The notes beneath the pieces are model-generated. The model ran no database searches and was not told where the DNA came from. It saw only the letters and a program-made list of their open reading frames with translations. DNA of 64,000 nucleotides from Mytilus trossulus. Lineage: Eukaryota. Numbering within the stretch: the first letter of the stretch is position 1; each line of letters begins with the position of its first letter. Both the position numbers and the translations under genes were made by a program. The DNA lies in the NCBI RefSeq assembly GCF_036588685.1, contig NC_086378.1:88288001-88352000 (forward strand). The letters are read 5' to 3'. Below are positions 1-11,850 of the stretch, piece by piece.

Positions 1-1071
1 ATAAATTACAAATATCTTACCTCTTTCTTCAGCTTAAACCAGAGGTAAATTACAAAGATCTTACCTCGTCTCACAGCTTTAACCAGAGATAAATTACAAA
101 TATCTTACCTCGTCCTTTAGCTTCAACCAGAGTTAAATTACAAAGATCTTATATCTTCCTTCAGCTTCAACCAGAGATAAATTACAAAGATCTTATATCT
201 TCCTTCAGCTTCAACCAGAGATAAATTACAAAGATCTTACCTCGTCTCTCAGCTCAAACCAGAGATAAATTACAAAGATCTTATATCTTCCTTCAGCTTC
301 AACCAGAGATGAATTACAAATATCTTACCTCGTCCTCCAGCTTCAACCAGAGATAATTTACAAAGATCTTACCTCGTCCCTCAGCTTAAACCAAAGATAA
401 ATTACAAATATCTTACCTCGTCCTTCAGCTTCAACCAGAGATAAATTACAAATATCTTACCTCGTCCTTCAGCTTCAACCAGAGATAAATTACAAAGATC
501 TTACCTCGTCCTTCAGCTTCAACCAGAGATAAATTACAAAGATCTTATATCTTTCTTCAGCTTCAACCAGAGATAAATTACAAAGATCTTATATCTTCCT
601 TCAGCTTCAACCAGAGATAAATTACAAAGATCTTACCTCGTCTCTCAGCTCAAACCAGAGATAAATTACAAAGATCTTATATCTTCCTTCAGCTTCAACC
701 AGAGATGAATTACAAATATCTTACCTCGTCCTCCAGCTTCAACCAGAGATAAATTACAAAGATCTTACCTCGTCCCTCAGCTTAAACCAAAGATAAATTA
801 CAAATATCTTACCTCGTCCTTCAGCTTCAACCAGAGATAAATTACAACTATCTTACCTCGTCCTTCAGTTTCAACCAGAGATAAATTACAAAGATCTTAC
901 CTCGTCCTTCAGCTTCAACCAGAGATAAATTACAAATATCTTACCTCGTCTCTCAGCTCAAACCAAATATAAATTACAAAGATCTGACCTCTTCCTTCAG
1001 CTTAAACCAGAGATAAATTACAAATATCTTACCTCGTCTCTCAGCTTAAACCAGAGATAAATTACAAAGAT
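1..1071 (-). repeat. 44-bp tandem array (~24 copies, truncated by window edge); the unit is the last 39 nt of tetraspanin exon 3 plus GTAAG
   Basis: Period 44 (ataaattaca at 1, gtaaattaca at 45). The minus-strand unit is ATCTTTGTAATTTATCTCTGGTTGAAGCTGAAGGACGAG-GTAAG. Confidence 0.95.
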
Positions 1072-4000
1072 CTGAAAACCACATATCATAATCACGAGAA
1101 TACCAAACTGAAAATTAAACAGAATGTAATTATACTTTTATGTATGAATATATATAGATAAGAAAATGGTTTTAAAGAAATTGGTCAATCATTTGAATTT
1201 TTATTTTTCAAATTTATTATCACTTGCCAGTTGCGGATGCTTCTTTGGTCGACAAAATAATAAATGATTATATTATGTTATTTAAAATCTTTCAAATTTT
1301 TCGCGGTATATAATCAGTTTTATTGAATTGAGCCCCCTTTCAAAAATTGTTTATTCGCCTTGCATGCTTCTGAATGATTACCATGGTAAATCTACATTCA
1401 TAGTTTTAATGTCAAAAAGAGCGAGTGGTTTAAAAAAGTCAATGAGTCCTCATCATAGTTCTAAGAGATTAAGGTAACACGCCATGATGTTCTTATACAA
1501 ACAATTTTATACATGGACTAGTAATAGATGACTAACCACAGACGTTTGATAGACATTGACAGATTTCAAATATTTATCTCAAAGATAAAATGGACACTAC
1601 AAATCAAGAATAAGATTTCAAGAAACCAATTGAGCAACTTCATTATTGGCTTTAAGACACAAATTATCAACGCTCTTTGATAAATCGGTTATCTAGGAAT
1701 ATCTGTAGTTTATATAACAGCATGAAGTAAAATCTTATGTTTTTCTATGGATATACATAATAATTCCTGTCCAATTCTATGGATATACATAATAATTCCT
1801 GTCCAATTCTATGGATATACATAATAATTCCTGTCCAATTCTATGGATATACATAATAATTCCTGTCTAATTCTATTGATATACTAGTACATAATAATTC
1901 CTGTCCAATTCTATAGATATACATAATAATTCCTGTTCAATTCTATGGATTTACATAATAATCCCTGTCCAATTCTATAGATATACATAATAATTCCTGT
2001 TCAATTCTATGGATAAACATAATAATTCATACATAGCTGACTTACCAAAGCCAATACTGGTACGGATCTGTAAAATATTCCTAAGAAACCTAACAGAGTT
2101 ACCAAGAACAGTATAATAGCCACAACCAGTATTCCTATAACGATCTTGGTGATGACTGATCCGACTGTAATATCGTAAGATATCGTCAACTGGTCAAACA
2201 GGACAAGAACATTGTTATCAGTGGCGATATCCCCAGATCTGTACAGAACAGCAGATACCACTATCAGTCCAATGGCCAATAACTTAAAAACAATCAAAGT
2301 GATTAAGGTCTGAACTCTAGATAGAATATATCTATATACAATAACACACATCATACCCGTAGCCAGGGGGTTTTGGAGGTTCGGACGAACACCCCCCCCC
2401 CCCCCCCCCCCCTTAAAAACAAATAAGCACTGTTAAAGTCAATGTTCTGTTCGAATTGTGACTGTTGAAGTCGATTTTGTGAGTCCAACGATCCCCCCCC
2501 TTTTTGGAAATTCCTGGCTACGGGCCTGCACATTATTAGTGAAAAAACTGTTTAGAGCTAAACATTACAAGTTTGCACTTCTTTTTAAGTGGAATGTGCA
2601 CATTATGAACATATTCGAGACTTTCATTATATGTATAAAACACAACAAGCAGCAACAAGATCCTTTATGTAAAAAATACCTTATACGAATCAGTAACATG
2701 TAGCTTTATTTAAGAATTGAATACTTCTTTTTGTAACTTTATTGGGGTGTAAAAGTGTTGACCGAAGTACATTTTGTATGAAGCGCGGAAGCGCTTCATT
2801 CTAAAAATGTGCGCGAGGTCAACGCTTTTACAACCCTATGAAGTTACAAAAAGAAGCATTCAATACTTATATAATTACATTTTTTAGCTATCGGATCATG
2901 AAAAACACGAATTTTATAATTTGTTTTTTTAATTCACCTGTGCACTTTATTTTGGAACCATACATTCCTTTTTATACTATAAAATAATCAACTCGACGAA
3001 ATATTAAAGCTTTCAATGAATTAATCTGTTCTTGGTAATTGAATTTGTAAAGTAAGATCTCACTACACAAATCCTTGGTTAAATAAAAATTATTGAAATA
3101 TTTATAGAAAATAAATACGAAAGTGAGAGAGTTCCTGCGTATATAAACTTATGAGAATACAATCTAATATCTTATAATAATTTGGCATCTTTTTCTCATT
3201 TAATCATGATGGCGCTACGGATCGTAACACCTTTAAAGTTACTATTTTCAACTTAAAACTTGACCCAGTATACCTTCTTCTTCCCTCCTTTAAGTGAGGA
3301 ACCGAATTCATATTAAATGTGTATGGTCCTGCGAAAACTTTCACAGTGTCGGGCAATACCGCTAGTCGTCTAATAGCTATTTAAGACATTCACCAATTTA
3401 CCGTAAAACTATGCTGTTTATTTCCTTCCAGAGCCTGCTTCCCAATCAATGGGAAATTGGATAATCACTTTCACTTATGAATATTGGCAGATTTTCAGAT
3501 TTTGAATTTATTTCAACACTTCGCTCCTTTTGACTTCCTTCGCACCCACAGGCACTTGTCTAAAAAAAAATCCTATATACCTTAATATAACAATTAAGGT
3601 GTATAGGATTTTTTTTTTGAGACAAGTGTCTGTGTTCGCACCCCTAAAATTCGGGCAATCCTAAAGCTTTATATTCCACGATATCCATTCCAATTTTAAA
3701 CAAGTCATCCGGACTATCAATTGAAACCTTTGAATTGTTATTTAGCGTACAGTGGATCCTTCCCTCTTTTGCTGATTTTACATTGGTCTGCTTTTTAATG
3801 TAAAAGAGTAGTCAGTTCTGATAATAATTTTGCACAGTGTAACAGTTGCTTCCCTTGTCATCTGCAGTTTTTGGAAATATACACTCTCTTCCGTTACAAA
3901 ATTTTCAAAGACATTTAATTTACCTCAAACTGCTTTTATTGTAGTATTTGGGTTTATAAATATGTATAAAACTGTAATGTTGAATTGATTAATAAAATAT

Positions 4001-6032
4001 TCATGTAAACAAAGTAAAAATGTTTACCTTTATGGATTACTCAGCTTGGAGTTATATATAAAGATTGATTTTAATCATTCAATTGTGATGTATGTGGTAC
4101 TACTGCTAGTCAGCATGTAGTTAACATTAAACTTTTGCAAATCCTACCCAGTGTGGGATTAAATATATAACAAGTTTGTAGTTTTTAAAGTTAAATCAGG
4201 AAAATCAATACAAGTATAATGATGTCTTCCTGCGCATTAACATGGTATTACATCACATAAATAAATATATATTATGTATGACAAAAAATCAAATCAAAGT
4301 TAAATGAATAAAATTACAAAGATTCAAAGCATAATTGTATGTAATGGCATATATTTTTTGCTGCTCTTTGGTCGGGTTGTTGTTTCTTTGACATGTTCCC
4401 CATTTTCATTCTCAATTCTATTTGTAAGCCCGTCTGACTTTTGGTTGCCGGATGATAAGGAGTACCACTTGAGCAAATCTTAATATTCAATATTCAAAAG
4501 TTATCTTTTAAATTGGATATTATTTTTTTCATTTAATCGTGTTTTATTTATGTGTGTGTTTTTCTTTCGGGGAAATAGGGGTTGTGGGCTGGAGGTGGGG
4601 GATAATTGAAGTTACAGGGCAAAATATTTTTAGATGTCGTTTGAGAGTTGGGCACCCTCCGCAATAAACTTTAGAATAGGGATGTTTGTTTTTTTAGGAA
4701 TTTGGGTTGTTTGGAAGTTCACCGGATTATAGTAAGTATTCCCCCTTACACACTTTTTGTCGTTTTTACTTTCTGTATAATTGTTGGTGTTTCCACTTGG
4801 ATTTATCTTTCAGAATTTGATTACCATGTCAAGGACCATGTAGTTAAGGATGTACTTAGGTGAGGTTATGCAAAAATTAAGAAATTAAGAAATTAAAATT
4901 GATACTATAAGCTGGTAGAGCATCAATTAAGGATTAAGATAAGCTAAAAATATTGATAGGTCATGGACCTCCTTTTCGAGATATTTGAGATTTAAAATAT
5001 GGCGGAAAAGGGCAGACAGCGACTTTTACTTTATATTTGCATTGCTAATATTTGGGTCTCAAATCAAAAGAAAAAAATCAAGAATCTTCTAACATTTTGG
5101 AAAATAACCTTTCATGAGCTCTTAAGTCTAATATGAAAAAATAAATGGGTGTTATGGGGCAAAATATTTTACATAGTATTGTATGGAAAAACACCAAGGA
5201 GTCTGAACATTTGACACAAATTCCAAAACCTCACCTAAGTACATCCTTAAGTACTTTTTGACAGTGTTAAAATGCAGTTTAAGAGAAATACTGTGTGTGG
5301 GGTATTGCAATCTAATTAAAAACCGATCTCTCATGCTCCCGTTTTCTGATATGTCGCGTGGCCAGAAAACGGGAGCATGAGAGATCGGTTTTTAATTAGA
5401 TTGGGGGTATTGATGACCAACAGATTACCTAATTATGTGATAATGAAGACTTTTGTGGTTTACTTCCAGTGGCAATTATTTCAACCATATTAGATCGTGA
5501 AAATATTAATTTAATATGAACATGCACTCTTGTTACATTTTACCATGGACTAGGGCATCGACCATTTATCTTGTAAAATCAAATGACTAAATTCGAGTAT
5601 GTTATTCACATCTATATTATTTTGAAGTCATTTTTTTGTATTTCATTTGCATTTGTCACAAGTATTCATTATGTTTACTTTTATACATATATTTTTTTTC
5701 ATTTTAGCAATGTATGATAATGTCAAAGTCTATATGGAAGTTAATAATTTTCTGTACAAATACTAATACTTTATAATAATACTTTAGGCCGTGTTACATT
5801 TTAAAACTTTATAAATAGTTGAAGTGTTATTACATTGAGATAAGATCAATTTGAAACAAATAGAAATAAAGGCCGCTTTGGTGTTATTGAGATTGTCATG
5901 TAAGCGAAAAAATATATTGTGTTAGAGGTTGTCGAACAAAAGAAAAACATATATACATACCAACAAAATGAAATTAAGAAAAACTAACACCAATTTGGCA
6001 AATTTCGCAAAGCCCGGTGATAACAATGGCAT
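1033..6032 (-). CDS. Tetraspanin-like protein, 5' part (TM1-TM3); the gene continues beyond the left edge
   Basis: Exons 6032-5961 (MPLLSPGFAKFAKLVLVFLNFILL), 2282-2046 (LLAIGLIVVSA...LLGFLGIFYRSVPVLAL) and 1107-1033 (FGILVIMICGFQIFVIYLWFKLRDE). All are phase 0 with GT-AG sites. Tetraspanin hallmarks: K..L.FLN in TM1, LGFLG at the TM2 end, polar Q in TM3. The EC2 CCG motif lies outside the window. A possible 5' UTR exon is at ~6890-6944. Confidence 0.8.
1743..2027. repeat. 32-bp minisatellite (~9 copies) starting ~15-20 nt into the intron after the tetraspanin exon-2 donor
   Basis: Unit ttctatggatatacataataattcctgtccaa. Confidence 0.9.
2352..2528. mobile_element. MITE with CA(G/T) termini, poly-C tracts and a 5-bp TSD
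   Basis: TIRs catacccgtagccagg / cctggctacgggcctg; flanked by cacat on both sides. Confidence 0.75.
2716..2864. mobile_element. Palindromic (foldback) non-autonomous element
   Basis: attgaatacttctttttgtaactt...tgaagcgcggaagcgcttca...aagttacaaaaagaagcattcaat forms an imperfect ~70-bp-arm hairpin. Confidence 0.7.
3547..3634. mobile_element. 88-bp palindromic MITE with an 8-bp TSD (hAT/P-type)
   Basis: TIR cacaggcacttgtct / agacaagtgtctgtg; TSD ttcgcacc at 3539-3546 and 3635-3642. Confidence 0.85.
3644..3800 (-). pseudogene. Possible decayed LINE ORF1 C-terminal fragment
   Basis: The minus strand reads KEGRIHCTLNNNSKVSIDSPDDLFKIGMDIVEYKALGLPEF*, resembling ORF1p C-termini. Recognised by eye only. 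Confidence 0.3.
4848..5246. mobile_element. Non-autonomous DNA transposon with TTAA TSD and GG termini (Kolobok-like)
   Basis: Perfect 20-bp TIR ggatgtacttaggtgaggtt / aacctcacctaagtacatcc, with TTAA on both sides. Confidence 0.85.
5308..5403. mobile_element. 96-bp palindromic MITE with a 9-bp TSD (Mutator-type TSD length)
   Basis: Perfect ~41-bp arms; TSD ggggtattg at 5299-5307 and 5404-5412. Confidence 0.9.
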
Positions 6033-6619
6033 CTTTCCCTGCAAATAATGAAAAATACAGACAAATTATTCAATTACGTACTTTGGTATGGAAAGACACT
6101 ACTAGTATAAAGGTCATAATCTAACTGATTGTTTGATTGATATTTTGGTCACTTTTGCTAACCTATAGGCCACTCATGTGGCTTAATCTACCAATTCTAG
6201 AGAGGAAGAAGCGGATACTAATCCTTGGCTAGCGAGGTGACAAACATTTGAACCTGGAAAAGTTTTGATTTTTAAAAAGTGCCTTAACATTTTTCTATGT
6301 GAGCAGGGTGTTTTGGTGTAGACAAAACTGTTCGTCTTGAAACGTCTTAGGTATGGAAAAACTATGATAATCGTTTCAGATATGGAAAAACTTAATTGGA
6401 AAATCGTTTCAAATATGGAAGAACTTGGAAAATCGTTTTAGACAAAAGATAAAAAGAATCTCTAGATTACAATTCAAATCATAATTCAAAGATTTATTCA
6501 TAGTCGGCATATTATACAACAAATAAACATAAGCTCTCTGATCTTTTATAACCGACAAATACATACATTTACATAATAATCATACAGAATACTAATATTA
6601 AAACATGAAAGACATAGAA

Positions 6620-6702
6620 CAAAAAGTTTTATTTTTTTGAAAACATAAAATGTATTTTAAATATATATACATTTTATGTTTTCAAAAAAATAAAAACTTT
6701 TG
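6620..6702. repeat. AT-rich inverted repeat (hairpin)
   Basis: aaagttttatttttttgaaaacataaaatgtat / atacattttatgttttcaaaaaaataaaaacttt. Confidence 0.7.
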
Positions 6703-8274
6703 TGCATGAAAAATAGATTTACACATCTTGGTTCTGTGCAGTGTTAACACGATCATGTCTGTCAATTTCTTCTAATGAACCTATATAATTTAGCATCTGG
6801 AATTGTAAGTATTCGAGTTCACCGAACACTGGTAAGGATAAAATAGTATTTTAAATTTGCCCAATGTTTTTAAACTTTAAGAAACTAACCTTGGACTTTC
6901 TGTTGCTGACAAGGGTGTTGCTTCTTGTACAATGGTCAATGCACCTGAATAATTAGTTCATTACAGGTGAGAACAGTTCAAATCTATTTCTGACCCGGAA
7001 AAAGTTCACAGGACACCAGTTCAAGTTAGTCCTGTTCACAGAGTGACCATTCTAACAAAAGCATGTCATTTTTTGAAAGTTTACTTTGTTAAAAATTTAT
7101 TGCAGCCGAAACCAAAAATTTCTTTTTACGTACGTGCATGATATTGTTTTAGTGTTATATCATCGCATGAATAGCTCTTATGGTGTTATACTTTTATTTT
7201 GACATAATACAGAAGACAAGTTTAATTTAAAGTCGGTATATGCAATACAAATACAAACATAAACTCTGAAGAGCTTTTAAAACCTACAAACAAAAATAAA
7301 ACAAAACATACATAAATTAAACATACATAGATTAAACATATAAAGCATAGTTCGTTTCAGTATGTAAACATGCAGCACACAAGTTCACCCCGTATAACCC
7401 CGATACAAATGAATCCGGACGTTGACGCGTTCGAAGCGATAATCAGGACAACATTTGGGATGACAATAATTTCGAATGCCTCTCTAGAATTTATTTGAGT
7501 ATATATAAATATGTCAATGAGCATGTTAGTTTGTTTATTAAATTATACAATTGTTGTAAGTTTTAGATATTGTATAAAACGTTGATAAAACTGCTAGATG
7601 CAAAACGCACAGACATGGTGCAATTTCATACGGTTTATGATATAAACAATGCTGAATATCTTTTCGTGCATACAACTTTGCGTATTAATACCTTCAGCAA
7701 TACTAAATAACTATAAATTGAACTTCTACGTGCCTTCAAATGTTCCCTAGAACTAAGAATAAACACAATATCATACAAAATAAATTTTTTCTTACTGTAT
7801 TGTTCGTGTCACCAAATGTGTCTCGTTCGTTGTGCGTTTTGAAATAATCACTGTACAGTTCGTTGACAAAAACCGTCACAAATCACTTTCTTGTCAAGGT
7901 TTTTTAGATGGTGTCGGCGACCTCTTTCTGTATTTTATTGTAAATGTCCATCTATTAACTTAGTCAAAGTAGGTGAACTTAAAATATCTGTCATACAAAG
8001 CCAAAATTGAAATATTTAACCATCGTACATCTGCTTGGAATGTTTCTATTGAAAATTGAGACTGTCAATGTTTTGCCAGATGAAATGAACAGTTAATAAA
8101 TATATTCCAGAGGAAGTAAAGTTTCAAAAAATATATAATGATTTCCTTTTTACAATTTGAGGCTCTTCCAAATGCCGATGTTGGTCCAAATTCGCCTAGA
8201 CGAAAGCAGACACACATGTAGGAGCTCGTTGAACTTAGTTTGCCGAATCCCATAGATGGCATTCCAACTGCTTT

Positions 8275-8742
8275 ATTTTTATGCCCCACCTACGATAGTA
8301 GAGGGGCATTATGTTTTCTGGTCTGTGCGTCCGTCCGTCCATCGTACCGTTCGTTTGTCCGTCTGTCCCGCTTCAGGTCAAAGTTTTTGGTCAAGGCAGG
8401 TTTTGATGAAGCTGATGTCCAATCAATTTGGAACTTAGTACACATGTTCCTTATGATATGATCTTTCTAATTTCAAAGCCAAATTAAACTTTTTACCCCA
8501 ATTTCACGGTCCACTGTACATAGAAAATTAAAGTGCGAGTTTCAGGTTAAAGTTTTTGGTCAATGTAGTTTTGGATGAAGTTGAAGTCCAATCAACTTGA
8601 AACCTTATACAAATGTTGCCTATGATATGATCTTCGTAATTTGAATGTTATAATATTTTTTGCCCACTTTCACGGTCCATTGAACATGGAAAATAGTAGT
8701 GCGAGTGGGACATCCGTGTTCTTTGGACACATTCTTGTTTTT
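8275..8742 (+). mobile_element. Helentron-associated (HINE/DINE-like) non-autonomous element
   Basis: T-rich start, atgcccc...ggggcat inverted repeat, (GTCC)n microsatellite, internal duplicated block, and a 3' hairpin gtgttc...gacac before a T-run. Confidence 0.6.
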
Positions 8743-9569
8743 ATTATTTTTATTACATATGAAGCTTTGTAGATGCGGAGTGATGGCCCGTGAGACAACT
8801 TTCCACCAAAGTTTAAATGAAGTGGGTGTATAAAGCAACTAATATAGTCTAATGTACAACATTTAAAACAATAAGGAAAACCTATACCATACAGTCGGCC
8901 AAAAAAAAAAGCACAGATAAAAAAAAAATTGATGAAAAATTAAAACGATAAAACTAACGGTTATTAATTTATAACTTATGAATTATGTAAAAAAGAAAAA
9001 GAATGACAGATCTATATAAGCAATGTACTACAGGATCCTGACGTTAGACCAACAAGAAAAAAGTGCGGCGGGATTAAACATGTGAGCCCCCAAACCTCTC
9101 CTTAATCTAGAACACTGGTGTAACAGCACAACATGATACAAAAGTTCAGTTGCAATTGGCTACACTCAAAATGTCGGTATAAGGCACAAAAACGAAAAGC
9201 GAATTACAACTAAGGAGTAAATCATGTATCTAAAGTGTTAATCAGTATATCCTACGCTTTTAGGTAAAGACGTAATAAAAAGCATAAACTTGTGCAATGC
9301 CAAATATAAACAGTATCGAGAGGATGTACGGTATTATGAGTTCTCATAAGTGTGCATAAATCGTAATAATGTTAAGTGATGTTTTGATTTATCAGGTACA
9401 GCAAAACTTTTTATATTATGGCTCAAACAAAAAATTTGCCACAATATAGAAAGTTTTGCTGTACCTGTTTTTTTTTTAATTATGAAAGAATTTGGTGAAA
9501 GGTGACTGGGAAATATACTATTAGATATGATCACTTTGGTCTTTTTCCGATCGGCAGTAAAAACTGACA

Positions 9570-9915
9570 GAAGTTGGCCACCCGTTTAGTTGTGTGGGAT
9601 GTAAAAGTACACAGTCACGTCCAGTCCGAATGGGAATATAAAATCCAATGTCTCGTGTAAAGAGAGTACCACGCTAACTACACTGTACAGACCCCTGCAA
9701 AAACTCCAAGAGAGGTCCATAAATATCCTGTTGAAAGGCACCATTTGTGTTCTTATAAAATATACATCATTTTATTCAGTGGCAGTCAAAACGTCTCTGA
9801 CGTAATTCTGGAGGGTCTCCTTCCAGGACTTGCATGCAGTATGTGTTGCTACTTTGTGCTTGTCCTGAACATGCATGACATATTTGCAAGTCAACGTTAA
9901 TCAACCAACATTCAG
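9570..9915 (+). mobile_element. Degenerate SINE-like repeat
   Basis: Central gtctcgtgtaaagagagt block and a 3' end acgttaatcaaccaaca resembling mollusc SINE tails. Recognised by eye. Confidence 0.4.
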
Positions 9916-11644
9916 TTATTACGTACGCGTGTCATAAACAAATAAAAGGGTCTATATATTGTAAAGTACCAATATGAAAGAAGAAACACAGCAAATGTCT
10001 AAGGTTAGGTTGGTGATTGATGCTTTGCTCAACCCATAATTTACCAATGACGCCAAAGATAACTGGGGATTATAAATATGGTCCTTGTGGTCTTCTGTGA
10101 GATAAATCAAAATTTGAATGAAATACATATGGGTGGGTATAAACTTTAAGCTTATGAATAACCAGAATGACCTGACCAATTTAGATGTTTGCACCACAGT
10201 AGAAAGACTGTTATGATCGAGGAATTTAAGCATAACCTTTATACCTTAAAAATTAAACAAACACAAAACCATAATTGAAGAAAGCAAACCAGTTAATTCC
10301 TTCATCTTTATATCTTCACATTAAAGTAACTGTTACTATTGATTGCTATCAGTTACATGTTCCTTGCATACACCTATTCTTTAGCCTTAATGTGACTCTA
10401 TGGTAATCCTAGGACCCGCCTCTGAGATTCAGGTCAAAAGGCTTAACCTATAATCCATTGATTGTTTTTGATTGCTTTCTATATCAAATAGAAGATGTGG
10501 TATTGAAACAGCTCTTCGCAAGAGACCAAACGAAACAAAAATTACCAACTATAGGTCACCGTACGGCCTTTAACAATGAACAAAGCCCACACCGCTATAA
10601 AACACACCGAAATGACAAATGTAGTACAATTCATACGAGAAAACTAACGGCCCAATTTATGCACAAAATAGTGAAAAAATTTAATATAAAACTACTTAAT
10701 TACACGCTCCTGGCTTTGGACAGGTACATACAGAACATGGCGGGATTAAACATGTTAGCAAGCACCCAACCCACCACCTAACCGTACATTGACTGTTGTA
10801 TGGTAAACAATTTCAAAAATGCTATAAATTAGATATTCGGACGTGTGTATCTGTATGCGTAGTCATAGTTGCATCTGTCGAGTTATTGGAATTTGTATTT
10901 TCCTACCAATTCACACTTTCGAATGTATAACATGAGGATTTTTTTACATGTAAAAATTCCTCCGAGAGTTTTCCGACAATATAACGGACATTATGGGTTG
11001 CTGTCTGCATGTTATGGGGGTAAATTATTATTTTCAAACATGCATATTGGTTATAATCATATCAAAGCATAATTTAATACATGCAAAATTCATTGACAAA
11101 CGCAATAGTGTGTCAACGAAGCGTACAGTATAAAAAGGTGTAATGACAACGAAGCGTACACAACATGAAAATAAAGACAATTCAAAACGTGTATTGTTTT
11201 TGTTTCTAGATACAACATAAACAAACGATCTTTATAAGTTTGTTAATTTATACTATGAAGTTTTCAAAAATGTATGTTTTAAAAACTATGAGGTACGAGA
11301 AACATTAAGTTTTGGATGTTTAAAAATACCAAGCACGTTTTATCATTGATTCCGTCGTGCGTTTTTTTATGTTTGTATCTAAAAATGTCACATATTTGAA
11401 AAACCTTTTAGTAACTAATGAGTATTATGGCAAAGAATATATTGGAGCAAAATATCCGAAGAATAGATATTGGATTGTCTTTAAAAGTATGAATTCCTTA
11501 CTGTCTGAACTCAGTGTTACACGGTGTGTTCGACTCGAACGCGTCAACGTCCGGTTTCATCTGTATCGGGGTTATACAGGGTGAAGTTCTTAAAAGATTC
11601 TTACAAGTTAAACACACACTGAAAAATTGAAAACAGCACGTTAA

Positions 11645-11850
11645 ATAATTTCTCGCGTCCGGAGCGCTTTTCTGGATTTACCTTCATCAGCAACGCTCAA
11701 AGCCAAACATTTGAAATCCTAGGATGTATAAGCATCGAAACCGTTGGAGAGCTATATGTAAAAAAAAACTAAAATAAATAGCCAAATTCATATAAAGTCA
11801 ACTTTGCCTGAGATGTTGAAACCTTAGTTTCTTAATAATTTCAAAATTTT
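11645..11850 (-). ncRNA. Degenerate minimal hammerhead-ribozyme motif (11654-11697) within a retrozyme/Penelope-associated repeat
   Basis: Minus strand: GCGTTG CTGATGA AGGTAAATCCA GAAA AGCGCT CC GGACGC. The CUGANGA and GAAA core boxes are present; UH has mutated to CC. Confidence 0.5.

Larger units (their letters stand above)
7386..11583. mobile_element. 4.2-kb non-autonomous DNA transposon with CAC termini, 49-bp TIRs and a 5-bp TSD (Transib/RAG-like signature), containing nested repeats
   Basis: Left TIR 7386-7434 and right TIR 11535-11583 differ at 3 positions. TSD AAGTT at 7381-7385 and 11584-11588. Subterminal inverted motif at 7850-7867 / 11112-11129. Confidence 0.8.

Noticed and set aside
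1-1071. CRISPR-like appearance of the regular arrays (also 22323-22581 and 52225-55250)
   Set aside because: Units are head-to-tail with no unique spacers; the context is eukaryotic and there are no cas genes.
7849-7874. Perfect RSS nonamer ACAAAAACC preceded by CACTGTA
   Set aside because: The spacer is 10 nt rather than 12 or 23, the site is internal, and such a match is plausible by chance in AT-rich DNA.
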